A stretch of DNA of 64,000 nucleotides, taken from NCBI GenBank assembly GCA_951406725.2, contig OX597817.1, positions 87,792,001 through 87,856,000 of the forward strand. Direction: 5' to 3'. Shown here one piece after another: positions 1 through 12,582 of the stretch (its first letter is position 1; every line of letters starts with the position of its first letter). A program made the position numbers and the translations under genes. Under the pieces are notes generated by a model. The model ran no database searches and was not told the DNA's origin. It saw only the letters and a list, made by a program, of their open reading frames with translations. The DNA is from Octopus vulgaris. Lineage: Eukaryota.

Positions 1-99
1 ATATCACATGATTGAGCAGACTATTGGATGTTGTTATACATCGCTGGTCATAATGTGGTTTACATCATTTTAGATTTTGAACGATCCCACCTTGCTGGC

Positions 100-390
100 T
101 AGGCATAGCCTGGTTGTTAGGATGTTGCACTCATGATCACTAGATTGTGGGTTGGATTCCCAGATGAGGATGCATATTGTGTTCTTGAGCAAAACACTTC
201 ATTTCACATTGCTTCAGGCCACTCAGCTGTAAATGAGTAACCCTGCAACAGACTAGCCTGCCAATCAGGGGGAATGTTAACCTGTGTACTTTGCCAGCTG
301 GATGGCATCATTTGGAAGCTAAAATGATGCAAAGTAGACTGTGACCAGTGATGTTTAACAAAGTCCGATAGTTTGGTCAGTTATGTAAGA
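100..390 (+). mobile_element. Decayed tRNA-derived SINE (V-SINE-like), with an inverted copy of its tail at 1-100
   Basis: tRNA-like head (tagcctggttgttagg...gggttggattccc), central accctgcaacagactagcctgccaatcaggggg; 1-100 is a diverged reverse complement of about 290-390. Confidence 0.55.
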
Positions 391-482
391 TATATATATA
401 TACCAAAGGTGTCTGAACTGCTTGCATCTTACTATCAGTGAAAATGGAATGTGAATCTGGTAACTTTTGAAGCATCCTACGT

Positions 483-586
483 CACCTGATGAGGCTATTT
501 TTTCACTGTACCTTGCATCTGGTGTCATTACATCATCCCACACCCACTAGGGAGCAGTGCAGAATGAAGCTGAGACAATTGTTGTG
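483..586 (+). ncRNA. Degenerate minimal type-I hammerhead-like motif
   Basis: CAC-CTGATGA-GGCT..long stem II..AGCT-GAGA(for GAAA)-CAATTG-TT-GTG; insert sits between (TA)n runs at about 391-402 and 590-614. Confidence 0.45.
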
Positions 587-614
587 CTAATATATATATA
601 TATATATATATATA

Positions 615-1135
615 CTGTGGGCTTCTTTCAGTTTCCGTCTACCAAATCCACTCACAAGGTTGGCCCGAGGCTATAGTAGAAGACACTTGTCCAAGGTGCC
701 ACACAGTGGGACTGAACCCAGAACCATGTGGTTGGTAAGCAAGCACATGTTATGTGTTTTCATTGATTTTTTTAGGTTGTACATAAAATGTAAATGGAAA
801 TTGTGTGTGTGGCTATATAGGCACAGGTGCAGCTGTATAGCAAGAAGCTTGCTTCCCAACCATATGATCTGGGGTTCAGTCTTACTGTGTGGCATTTTGT
901 GCAAGTGTCTTCTACTATAGCCTTGATTGATGAAAGCCTTATGAGTGGATTTGGTAAATGGAAACTGAAAGAAGCCCATTGTGTGTGTGTGTGTGTGTGT
1001 CCCACCACTGCTTTTGAACTGGTGTTGGTGTGTTTACATCCCTGTAACTTAGCAGTTTGGCAAAAGAGACTGATAGAATAAACACCAGGCTTTAAAAATT
1101 AATACTGTGGTAAATCCATTTGACTAAAATTCTTC
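615..1135. mobile_element. Head-to-head pair of tRNA-derived CORE-like SINEs (family 1): - copy about 615-745, + copy about 820-1135
   Basis: Box B ggttcagtccc, ccttgg(g)caagtgtcttctactatagc, gagtggatttggta..ggaaactgaaagaagccc seen in both orientations. Confidence 0.85.
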
Positions 1136-1874
1136 TTGTTACTAAATTTTCCTTAGCAGATTTATCAAGGAAGTATTCCCTCACCTATCTCTTTGTCAAC
1201 TTGGCTCTACTACAAAATGTAATTCCCTTAGCACTTTTCTTAATATCAAAATTCTTCTCTTTGTTCTTAGCTGATGACATCTATTTTTGTCTTACTCAGA
1301 GATTCTACTTCTGCAAGTTATATATTTTTTTTCACTGCTTTCACAGATTCCTGTAATTTTCTGTTGCCAACCAATTCCATTATTATGCATTTGAATTGGA
1401 AGCTTGAGTCATAGTCAATTGTTCATTTGCTGATAACACAACCATAGATGCCACCTCTATGGATGCATTGCAGTTACTCTCTTGATAGAACTTGGGGATC
1501 TGGACTGTTGATTTTCTAGGATTCTTCTGCTCAGAATCAGTTTAAGAAGCACCATTGGCTTAGTTGAGCTCTTCTGCTACCTCTTCACAATTTGTCATGC
1601 TGCTGTCCCATGACTTCACCATATCCCTGGCAGGGTAGCTGAACAGGTGCTATGCCTTGCCGAAGGGTTGCCCATAACTCAGCAGGGTATGGTCATCACT
1701 TCATGAGATATTTTCAAAATACCCACATACCTGTATATCCTTAAATGGAAAACTATTTAAACTTAGGACAAATAATTATCTTAATTACCTTACACTTCAT
1801 TACTATCAACAGAACCAGAATACATGTTTTGGACAGCTTCAAGAAATCAAGCCATATTAGTATTTCTCTGCTTC

Positions 1875-2090
1875 AAGGTGACAAGCTGGTAGAATTGTTA
1901 GGGTGCTAGACAAAACACTTAGCTACATTTCATTTGTCTTTATGTTCTGATTTCAAATTCCACCAGGGTTGACTTTGCTTTTCATCCTTTCAGGTTCAGT
2001 AAAATAAGCACCAGTTGAACACTGGACTCAATTTAATAGATTTACTCCCTCTCCCAAAACTGCTCACCTTGTGCCAAAATTGGAAACCAA
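1875..2090 (+). mobile_element. SINE family 2 (tRNA-like head plus gcctttcatcctt..ggtcgataaa..agtacc central domain, Meta-SINE-like)
   Basis: aaggtgacaagctggtagaattgttag...ttcaaattcc...gttgactttgcttttcatcctttc; further copies at about 5280, 7031, 14070(-), 15970, 17540(-), 17735(-), 21660, 21850, 27621, 42645(-), 59135(-). Confidence 0.8.
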
Positions 2091-3319
2091 TATTTCTCTG
2101 CTTCATAAGCAACCTCTAACTCAATGTTTCATATTCTGTAACCCTTTATATTTAAATGATTAAGATAATTAGTCATGGGTTTATTGCTGTTTCAGGCATT
2201 GCCTGATACATAGGAACATGACACATTTCTCTGCTTTGTTACCAACAGGTTTTGTGTCTCCATTTTAAAAAGAGACTCTGTAAGGTGTGCATAAAATAAT
2301 ATAATTATGGCATTGAAACATGAGCAGTGAATACAAAAGATTTACAACAATTGGAGAAAATAAGTTCATTAAGATTCATTATTAAATGAAAGGCTGGGGA
2401 CGGACAAGGAGTGGTGAAAGTGACTAGAGAGCAAAAACATTTGCTGATGTTATACAAGAAATTTTGGGTATGCCATACAAATGAGTCAAAAAGTGTTGTT
2501 GATTGATAGTTGAAGATGGGCATCGTAGAGAGAGACTGAGTTTAAAAAATTTGAAAGAAATGTTTAGATCCAGTCTAAAACTGTTGAGATGAGATACCAG
2601 ATTTGACCAACACTTGCTAAAAGAAAAATTGAATGAAAAAATATTGTTGGTAGCAGTGTTAGTGATGATAGATATAGTTCAAAATATCCTCATACTGTAT
2701 ATTATTAGTGTCACAAAAAAAAACAGCAAAAAACAAATTATGAACATGTCACAAATTTTAATGGCCCCATTTCAAATCTTTTGAAATTCCATTTTACAAA
2801 ATGCTTCAGAAAATATTATTTTGCACATTTACTGTATTTCCAAACTTAATTTATTAATTAAGAAATAGGGGGAAAATGTTTGAATATATGTTATATGTGT
2901 GTTACATTCCATTATGACTAATTAAAACTTCCTGTTTGCACACCTGGGCAAGCTAAACTTGTTACTTTGAAGTGGTATCTCTAACATGGATGCTGCAGCT
3001 GTACTTAAATAGATGACCTAGATATAGCTTACCTAGATATAGCTTACTGCTATATCTAGGTCATCATTAGATTCCCTTTTTTCTAATTGTTAAGGTTTGG
3101 GGATTGCGAGTACCGGCTGCATCTCCTTACTGCATGTATGCTAATTTCATTCAGCTTCCATTTTAATGAATTATAATTTAATATGGATTATAAAAAATAC
3201 TTAAACCTAAAAGCAAAGAAAACTTGTTAAGATGTATCTGAAAAAAAATTATTCAAAATGCTACTCCAAATCAAATTCTAAATGAGCACTTGTTGGTGCA
3301 TTGGAATGTATATTTTCAG

Positions 3320-3448
3320 TGCCGCCGGGAAGCTATGCGAGCATTGAAGCAAGTATCGATGGCAGCTGATATAATTGGCAGTGATCACTGGTCCTTAATC
3401 AGGCAGCACTTGTTTGATGTGCTCTGTGAAACTGATGAACAACTATCA
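3320..3448 (+). CDS. TBC1D32: TBC1D32/BROMI internal coding exon A (phase 0/0)
   Basis: tattttcAG|TGC...CTATCA|GTAAGT; 129 nt; CRREAMRALKQVSMAADIIGSDHWSLIRQHLFDVLCETDEQLS, colinear with vertebrate TBC1D32 as recalled (VRYEALQTL...SDVLNCENW...LSDPDPVFS). Confidence 0.88.
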
Positions 3449-5559
3449 GTAAGTAACCAATGAAATCTGCCTTTAATGCTGTGGTTTTTACCTCACTTCT
3501 TCTTCTTCTCCCTTCACTTTCTTCTTTCACTTCACTACCTTTTTTCTTTTTATGTATAATTATCTATTCAGGTTTTTTGCTGTTCTATTATTTAATTTTT
3601 ACAGTAATTTTTTTGTTATAATTTTGAAGTAAATTACAGCCTAATGTAACATTTGCAGAATCCTTTAGATTGAAGCATTCCAGCACTCAACCTTATGATG
3701 GATGACTTGTCAATGTGTTCCTCTTGTAAACTAATCTTTTTGAAAGGAATCAATTTAAAAAAAATATATCTTGAGACTTGATATCTTTCTCCTAAAAGAA
3801 GAAATGTGTGATAGAAACAGATAAATATATCATCTTTTTGAACAAAAATTTCTTTGATGTGAATGAAAGTGATATGGAAAGATAATTTCACTTCAGAGTG
3901 ATGTGCTATGCTGTTTACAGCCCATAATATCAGAATCTGAATCATTTTAGAATGGAAAGCATATGGTTGGTTGTTGAAAATGATTGGGAATAAGATCTAC
4001 CCACCTTGTTTTTATTATTCTTTTACCTGCTAGTTTACAGGGTTTGTATTATGCTGGCTTGTGGCAGTGGACAGCCTGTTATACACATACATGTGTGTGT
4101 GTGTGTGTAAATGTGGATGATTTTGAGTATATTTTGTGCATATCACTAAGAAAAATGAACTCAGTACTTTCAATACTTTCTAAAGAATAATTTTCATTTA
4201 GAAATTTCAGAAAATCAGAATATCACAGTAACCAGCAGTTTCATCCAGTGGTTCTTCAGGCTGAGGAAATATAATATGAAGCTTCGAATTATGTTTATAA
4301 GAAACTGACTAGAGTCTTCTCTGAATAATATAGCAGATGGTGGATGTAATAGAGAAAAATAGTAGTTGGTTGGGAGTGCAAGGTTAATATAGTGTGAATG
4401 CTAGGTTTGTGTTTTGATTGCTTAGGTTATGTGTTGTGGATATGTGCCCACAAAGAATGAGTAAAATGAAATAGGGAAAAAAGAAAAGTATAGATTTAAG
4501 AAGACTGGATTAATGGCAGAACAAATAAATTGAAAAGGACAAGCTTAAGAACCACCTAAGTAAAATGATGTATGAAATTTATTTGGCATTTTATCTTTTA
4601 ATAAATCATAGCTATAAAGAAAGGGGGTTTAGTGAGTTTTATGCCAAGCAAAATCCAATTTCTTATTTATTGAACTAAAGAATTTTCTAAGTTGTTTCCT
4701 TTGGTGAATTTTACTTCATACATTTTTCTGCCAAAAGCTAGGATTCTAAGTGTTAGCTATCTTTGTCCATTCCATTGTTTACAGCTCTTAGATTCACTGG
4801 TTATATTTATTTCATTTTATCATTTTTATTTAATCTCTTTCATGTTCTTTTATTTCATTAAATATTCTTTTAATTAAAAAGCTATTTGAGTTTTTTTTTA
4901 TATTTCTGAAAAATTCAAATCAAAAGAAAAAATATCAATTTAAAGAAAAAGAAAACGTTTTTTAAAAAATGATGTTTTTCTTTGTTTTATTTCTCTCTTG
5001 CAACTAGAGTTAACAATTTTGAAGAAGCTGCTTGTAGTTTAAAAGAAAAATACAGAAATAAAATCTTAATGCAAATAAGGAAATGTTTATAAGCATTTAA
5101 GGATGGGAATATTAATGTATATTGGCTTATTTTGTTATCTGTTTTTTGTCTCTTAATGTCTTTAAACTTTTTTGTTTTACATTTCTTTTAGCATTGAGAA
5201 ATTTCTCTCATTTTTTTTATCCTATCATTGTTTATAATTATTATTGTCTATTATTATTATTATCATTGTTATTATTATTATTGACAGAATCATTAGCACA
5301 CCAGGCAAAATGGTGAGCGATATTTCTTCTGGCTTTATGTTCTGAGTTCAAATTCCACTGAGGTTGACTTTGCTTTCCATCCTTTTGGAATCAATAAAAT
5401 AAGTTCCAGTTGAGTACTGGGGTTGATGTAATCAATTTGATCCCTCCTCAAATTCTTGGTCTTGTGACTAATGTAAATGCTAAAGAGTTAACTGAAGACA
5501 TGGAACTGGTGAATTCAAAGGACCCTGAGATAATAGACTTTTGGTGAAATCTTCAGCAA

Positions 5560-5940
5560 ATAGTTGTGTAGTAAGGAGCTTGCTTCCCAACCATATGGTT
5601 TCAGGTTCCAAGCTTAGTCTTCTACTATAGCCTTGGGTTGACCAAGACTTTGTGAGGGAATTTGATAGAGAGAAACTGAAAGAATCCCATTGTGTGTGTA
5701 TGTGTGTGTGTGTGTGTGTGTGTGAGTGAGAGAGAGACTCTTTGTGTCTATAATTACATCCCTGTAATTTGCAGTTTGGCAAAAGAGACCAATAGACTAA
5801 GTACCAGGCTTAACAAACAAAACAGGTACTGGGGTCGATTCATTCAATTAAAACTTCTTCAAGGCAGTGCCCTAGCATGGCCACAGCCTAATGACTGAAA
5901 CAAGTAAACGATAAAAGATAACAGCCAAGATAAAAGATAA
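5560..5940 (+). mobile_element. SINE family 1 copy with (TG)n middle and aaaagat tail
   Basis: Same motifs as 820-1135 plus 3' part gcagtttggcaaaagagacc...cagcatggccacag...gaaacaagtaaa. Confidence 0.8.
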
Positions 5941-6119
5941 CAAACCAGAAAAAAAAAAGTCCAGAGAAAGCAAGATGCTATCTCCAAAACAGACTGACTC
6001 CTAGAATATTCTGATCCTGCCTTGGCATTTGTTTTCCATTTATGTGTGGGTGAGATTCCTTTGTTTGTCTGTTTTTTATTAATTACATATAATTTAACTA
6101 TGTTGTGTGTTCATATGTA

Positions 6120-7007
6120 CAGGGTGTGATGGGTAAATTGTCGCCATTTTATATTTTTTATTTTGTGCATGCACATTGTTTGTTCTTGATTTTGTTGACT
6201 ACACAGTATAGCAGGGTCTGTTGGGCACTGTCTGTGAGAAAAACAGCACCATGACTCAATTCACTGTGCCAGAAATTTGGAAATGACATGATGTACTGCT
6301 TGGCATTTGCACCAGAAGCTCCAATATGGATATCTCAGAGTGTTCGGGTGTCAATCTGAGTACAGTGCAATCTGAGGATATGTACCAGGAGTGATAAAAA
6401 TCAAACATCCAGTCAACATTATGGTGTTTGGAATGATCACTAGTGATAGCAATATTATGCCTCCATTCATCTTCCCATGCAACCTCAGACACAACATGGA
6501 GGCCTACATCAAGTGCTTGGAGGAGGTAGTGCTGCCCTGGGTCAAGAGGGTGGCTGCTGGAAGACCCTATGTCTGGCAACAGGACTCTGCACCATGCCAC
6601 TCAAGCAGGAGAACCCAATCATGGTTGTTAGACAACTTCTGCGACCACATCATCCCTAATATCTGACCACCTAACTCACCAGACTGTAATCCTCTTGATT
6701 ATTATGTGTGGGGTGCAGCTGAGTGAAAGACCAAGAAAACTCCCTGTAGCACCAAAAATGAACTGAAGGCAAGCGTTATGGCAGCATTGACCAACTTAAA
6801 CAAGGAGATTGTCCAGAAGAGTTGCAGGAGATTCTGAAGTCATCTGGAGGCCCTGGTTGAAGCCAATGGCGATTTTATTGAATAAATTTACTCTTTAGTA
6901 TTTCAAAATATTTTAACGTAATTTTGGTAAATATGTCTGTTAAATCAGATGTCAGTGTTATTTTCATTTTTGCATAATTTAGACAACAGTTTATTCACCA
7001 CACCCTG
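6120..7007 (+). mobile_element. Internally deleted Tc1/mariner element, DD37D (maT-type) transposase relic
   Basis: TA|CAGGGTGTGATGGGTAAATTGTCG ... GACAACAGTTTATTCACCACACCCTG|TA; ORF 6391..6666 has WQQDSAPCH and continues past a TGA as PPNSPDCNPLDYYVW; 37 residues between the last two catalytic D. Confidence 0.9.
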
Positions 7008-8759
7008 TATTCAATTATTTTGTCTAATTCTAAGGTGGTGAGCTGGGAGAATTGTTAGCACACCAGGCAAAATGCTTAGTGGTATTTCATCCTTCTTTAC
7101 CTTCTGAGTTCAAATTCCGTCAAAGTTGACTTTGACTTTCATCCTTTCGAGTTCAACAAAGTAAATACCAATTGAACACTGAAGTCAGAGTAATCAACTT
7201 ACCCCCTCCTTCAATCTTGCTGGCCTTGTGCCAAAATTTGGAACCATGATTTTGTCTAATTTTAAAGATAATAATTCCTTTCATTATAATATAGAATGTC
7301 TTTGACACTTCCCATGTTTTTAGTTAACTTTCTACAATCCTGCATTTTTGTAACAATTTTCTGGGCCTTGATAGTAGTTCTTTTATTGCTATCAAGTTCT
7401 GATTATTGATACAAAATGAAATATTATCATTATTACTGCCATATCTGAAAGCCACAGTCTGTTTATCTCTAAAAATCTTCACAGAACATTGCTCTTTTTG
7501 ATCTAAAAGAGTTTAATTATTTAAAAAGATTTTGTATAATTAGATATAGGAAAGGATCAGCTGCGTTTTGGTAAGTCTCTTTTAATTGTAAAATTTCCCT
7601 CTGAGGAAATTTTCACGGTTTTCATATAAATTTGCATTCAGCCAATTTTTAACCTCAGAATTAGAAAATGGAAAACAACTTCATAATTTTCAAAAGAGAA
7701 TTACAGATTAAAGAGGGAGAAAGAATGATCATAAAAAGTGAGAAAGAAGAGAGAGAGAGAGAGGAGAGAGAGAAAGTAAATAGTATTTATCATTTAGAAA
7801 GAGAGCCTCAGCTATAGAAACATGTGAATATATATAATTTATGTCTATAATAACAACAACAGCAACAACTTAAACAACTGCAGCAATGATAACAATAGCA
7901 ACATCAACACCTACAACAGCAACAAGAACAAAAGTGTAAGGAGACAACAATAGAAGTTGGTGTAACTTCAGCCAAGAATTCCTAAGTCTGACACTTTCTA
8001 AGTGAAGTAACTGCAACATCAACGGCACAATTAGTGACAACAGCAACAGTGTTGTTGTGGTGTGGATGGATTGCATCACTATGTTAATCACTTCCTCACG
8101 ATTGAGATGCAGCACCAACCACAACCTCACTGCAGATACAGCTAAGCTGTCTCCAATAATGCAGTTAAATCTATAGACAGTGAACCCTTCAGAAAAGTCA
8201 AGAAAACCATCAAGAGGGAAGGCAGATGGGCATTTTTGTTTAGATTAGCTGAGGCGTTGAACAATCTTTTACTAGTTTCAGTCATTGGAGTGCGGCCATA
8301 CTGGGACACTACTTAGAAGATTTAGTTGATTTTGTTGAGCAAATTGACTCCAGTATTTATACTATTGGTCTCTTTTGCCAAACTGCTAAGTTACAGGGTT
8401 GTAAACAAACCAATACCAGTTGTTAAGCAATGGTGGGAGGGACAAACATACATACACATACACACATACATATATATAATTAACTGTCACAAAAAGGTGA
8501 CAGAGGGTGCAGGGAGCGCCACTATTGCTAGAAATAAGAGTCAAAGATTCTTTAGCCTCAGAAGCACATGTTCTATTTACTGACAAGGGACATAACCTCC
8601 CCACTGCAAATGAGTGGCATTAGACAGGCATCCCCATTTCACGTGGAAATTAATGCTCATCAGTAATGCTTACTCCATTGCTGGTGGTGAAGCTAAATTT
8701 ACCTTGTCAGTATATATAGAATTTATCATTGATATGCAGCGCCCAGGATCACTTTCCCA

Positions 8760-9720
8760 TAGCCTTCTCCAAGTGTTGATCTGGTCTTTTCTTTCGATTT
8801 TTCTGAGGTATTGTCCATGCAGTGGTTTCATTTTCCAATTGTTTACTCTTTCTTCTGTATCTTGTTTCTTAAATGTTTGTGGGTGCATCATATTTTAGGT
8901 AGGTATTCTTAATTCTAACAGCAGCAAGCAAAGATTCACTCTGCTGTTTGATGTACCATCCTAGACTGTTCTTCTCATTGACAACACAGATCTTGAATAA
9001 TATGAGATCTCTTCCACTCCTGTTTCTAGAGTCTGTCAGTATCACTTTTGAGGTGTAGTTCCATGTTGGTTGTCATCATTTTTCTAGTTTTCCAGTCTAT
9101 TTCCTCACGCTCTTTCTTTGTACACTTAACAGCACCTGCACCGTATAGCATTAAGAAAACAGCCCATGTGTTTATTGCCCTGATTTTGTTTTTTCCATTG
9201 AGTTTACTTCCCATAATTAACTTAATTCTTCTGAGATATTCTCGCCTAAAACTTTCCTTCATTTAATTTTCGTTGATTTTGTCATATTCTAAAATCCCCA
9301 GATATTTATATCCATTAGTCTCCATATCTTTGATTTTCTCGCTGTTGGGTAGCTCTACACCATCAGATGACACTACTTTGCCTCTTTGTATTATAAGTAT
9401 ACTACACTTTTTAGTCCCAAATTCCATTCTGATATCCTTACTGAATATCTGCACTGTTGAAACTAGGCTGTTTATTTCATGTTCAGTCTTTCCAAAGATC
9501 TTTAAATCATCCATATACAACAGATGATTTAATTTCCCTCCACTTATCAAGATGTACCCCAATGTCACTTTTTGTAGTATCTGTGTGAGGGGTATCATAC
9601 AAATCAGAAACAGCAATAGTGATAAGCTGTCTGTTTGAAATAAGCCTCTCTTGATGTTAACCATCACCAAAGATTTTCCACATGAAGTTAACTCTGTATC
9701 CCAGTTTTTCATTGATCTGA
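8760..9720 (-). mobile_element. R4/Dong-like non-LTR retrotransposon RT fragment (frameshifted)
   Basis: IKRGLFQTDSLSLLLF, LNHLLYMDDLK, YKYLGILE, LNGKNKIRAINTWAV, WKMKPLHGQY in ORFs 9263..9712, 9026..9262, 8670..8891. Confidence 0.85.
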
Positions 9721-9724
9721 TAAA

Positions 9725-10309
9725 ATTCGATTGTTTGTTTTAAACCTTGAGATTACATAGAAAGTATTTTGCGTAGGATATGAGCAGTTCCCATGAGCAC
9801 TATCTTTTGAATTTCTGCCATTTTGGGGTTTCCTGGTATCTGAATTAGGTAGCAATTAGCCCCTTTCGCTATCATTCCCAAGGCACTTATGACAACAGGT
9901 ATTGTTTTAGTCTTCAGGTTCCACATTTTGCTGATTTCTATTTCAAGATCTTTATATTTGCTCAGTTTTTGGTAGGTCTTGACAGATACGTTTATATCGA
10001 TTGGGATAGTCATATCAATGAGGAGGCATGTTCTTTGTCTGAAGTCTTTCAATATGATGTCTGACCTATTTGCAACTATCTTTCTGTCAGTTTGAATGGT
10101 GAAGTTCCAGAGGAGTGAGATGTGGTCATTTTCAAGCACTGGAGGTGGTTTGTGTTCCCACCGGTTTTTTCCATGGGGCAAATCCAGGTTTTTGCAAATT
10201 ACCCAGTGAATATATTGTGCAGCTCTATCATGCCTGTTGAGATACTCTGTAGGCGCTAGAAGACTGCACTTGGAGACAACATGATCAATGGTTTCATTTT
10301 GTTGCTGAC

Positions 10310-10310
<1 letters not shown>
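9725..10310 (-). mobile_element. R4/Dong-like 3' fragment: zinc knuckle plus restriction-like endonuclease, abutting (TAA)n
   Basis: C..ETIDHVVSKC, RHD, NRSDIILKD...LLIDMTIP...KLSKYKDL (PD-D/ExK type); uninterrupted for about 185 aa; the poly-N start of ORF 9753..10529 is only the microsatellite. Confidence 0.9.
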
Positions 10311-10360
<50 letters not shown>

Positions 10361-10428
10361 CATTATTATTATTATTATCATTATTATTATTATTGTTATT
10401 ATTATTATAATTATCATTATCATTATTA

Positions 10429-10476
<48 letters not shown>
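10311..10476. repeat. (ATT)n microsatellite
   Basis: About 55 triplets with few variants; similar tracts at 11302-11340, 12240-12277, 12491-12580, 17503-17538. Confidence 0.98.
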
Positions 10477-11300
10477 GGGTGGCCAGCTGGCAGAATCGTT
10501 ACCATGCTGAGGGAAATGCTTAGTGGCATTTCTTCTAACTTTACAATCTTGAGTTCAAATTCTGCTGAGATCAGCTTTGCCTTTCATCCTTTCAGGGTCA
10601 ATAAATTCAGTACCAATGAAACACTGGGGTCGATGCAGTTGTCCAGTCCCTTTCTCCAAAATTTCAAGCTTTGTGGCTATAGTAGAAAGGATTATTATTT
10701 TTTTACATTTAATTTGCATGTTTGTTACAATCACTTGCCAAGACACATCCAGCATCCTGGGGTGAGTGAAAGATAAGAGATGTTACAGTATGACTGAAAG
10801 CTTGGGGAGGGAGACTGTCAGGGGCAGTAGCAAAATATCTTCATGTAATACAACACAGACATTTAAATGGATAGGGTTTTTCTAAGGATGTAGGCAGTAC
10901 TTGTCAGATATATTTTTATCAGTGGGAACACTTACATCTATTAGTCTACAAGTATTTTCTTCCCTGTCTTTAATAATTATGTCTGGTTGATTAGCCTGTA
11001 TCATTCTGTCAGTGTTGACTGGAAAATACCAGAGAATAGTGACATTTTCACCTTATTGTTATTATTATTATTATTATTATTATTCACTTTAAGGCAGCAA
11101 GCTGGCAGAATCTTTAGCATGCCAGGCAAAATACTTAGCAGTATTTCACCTGTCTCTACATTCTGAGTTCAAATTCTGCTGCGGTCAACTTTGCCTTTCA
11201 TCCATTCAGGGTCAATAAATTTAGTACCAGTGAAACACTGGGGTCGATGTAATTGACTAGTCCCCCCAAAATTTCAGGCCTTGTATCTATAGTAGAAAGG

Positions 11301-11339
<39 letters not shown>

Positions 11340-12237
11340 TAGTTTGTTGTTACACAGAGTTAGTGGTGTGCTCGGTTTGATTATGCATCTAGTATGAAAA
11401 GCATTTTGTACCTTCTGTATAAAAGGTTTTTCCTTGTTCTTCATATTCATTCATACATTGTGTTCAGGACTTTCAGGTAATTCTTGCTGAAACAAGTAGA
11501 CATGTTTTCTATACAGTATCCTATTCCCAGATTAAGATCAAGATTTTCAAGGTTTCTTCTCAGATTTTTGTCACTGTTCCCAAGGCTCCAGTAATAATTC
11601 CTTTGCCCAAGCAACTACAGATTTCATACTTCAAGTCAATGTGAATCTCTACATTTCTTTCCTTTTAATTTTTATACTATGGTATCAAAGATACATGCCA
11701 CATTAATTACAATAAATAGGTCCTTCTTGATGATGAATACAATTTTCTCATCTGTTGTGTTCTATCATTGTTGTTATTGTTAAGGTAGTGAGTTAGCAGA
11801 ATCATTACCATGCCAGACAAAATGCTTAGCTGCATTTCTTCTGGCTTTTACATTTTGGGTTCAAATTCCACTGACGTCGACTTTACCGTTCATCCTTTCA
11901 GGGTTGATAAAATAAGTACTAGTTGAGCACTGGAGTTAATGTAATCGACTATACCCACCCCACCACCCAAAATTTCAAACCTTGTGCTTAAAGTAGAAAG
12001 GATCATTATCAATATTATTATTATTAAGGTAGCAACCTAGCAGAATCGTTAGCACACTGGGCAAAATGCTTAGCAACATTTTGTTTGTCTTTTCACTTCA
12101 AGTTCAAATTCCATCGTGGTTGACTTTGCTTTCATCCTTTCAGGGTCGATAAAAATAAGTACAAGTTGTGCACTGGAGTTGATGAACTGACTTACCTGCA
12201 CCCTTATACCTGCTGGCCTTGTGCCAAAATTTGAAGC

Positions 12238-12279
<42 letters not shown>

Positions 12280-12490
12280 GGCAGCAAGCTGGCAGAATCA
12301 TTAGCACGCTGGACGAAATGCTTAGCAATATTTCACCCATCACTACATTCTGAGTTCAAATTCTGCCGAGGTCAACTTTGCCTTTCACTCTTTCAGGCCG
12401 ATAAGTTAAGTACCAACAAAACATTGGGGTCAATGTAATCAACTAGTCCCCTCCTCCCAAATTTCAGGCCTTGTGCCTTTAGTAGAAAGG

Positions 12491-12492
<2 letters not shown>
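10477..12492 (+). mobile_element. Cluster of five same-orientation family-2 SINEs (about 10477, 11091, 11781, 12026, 12278) with a decayed Dong-like RLE fragment (-, about 11340-11760)
   Basis: Repeated aaggcagcaagctggcagaat...gtagaaagg units separated by (ATT)n; the fragment reads GIITGALGTVTK on the minus strand. Confidence 0.85.

Positions 12493-12582
<90 letters not shown>

Noticed and set aside
820-900. tRNA-like box A/B sequences
   Set aside because: Heads of SINEs with no cloverleaf; not tRNA genes
4231-4263. Minus-strand CAGC-CTGAAGA-ACCACTGGAT-GAAA-CT-GCTG
   Set aside because: Stem II cannot fold properly and stem III/UH are incomplete; too weak
9753-10529. 258-aa ORF with long poly-Asn N-terminus
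   Set aside because: Chimera of SINE, (AAT)n microsatellite and a LINE 3' fragment; not a gene
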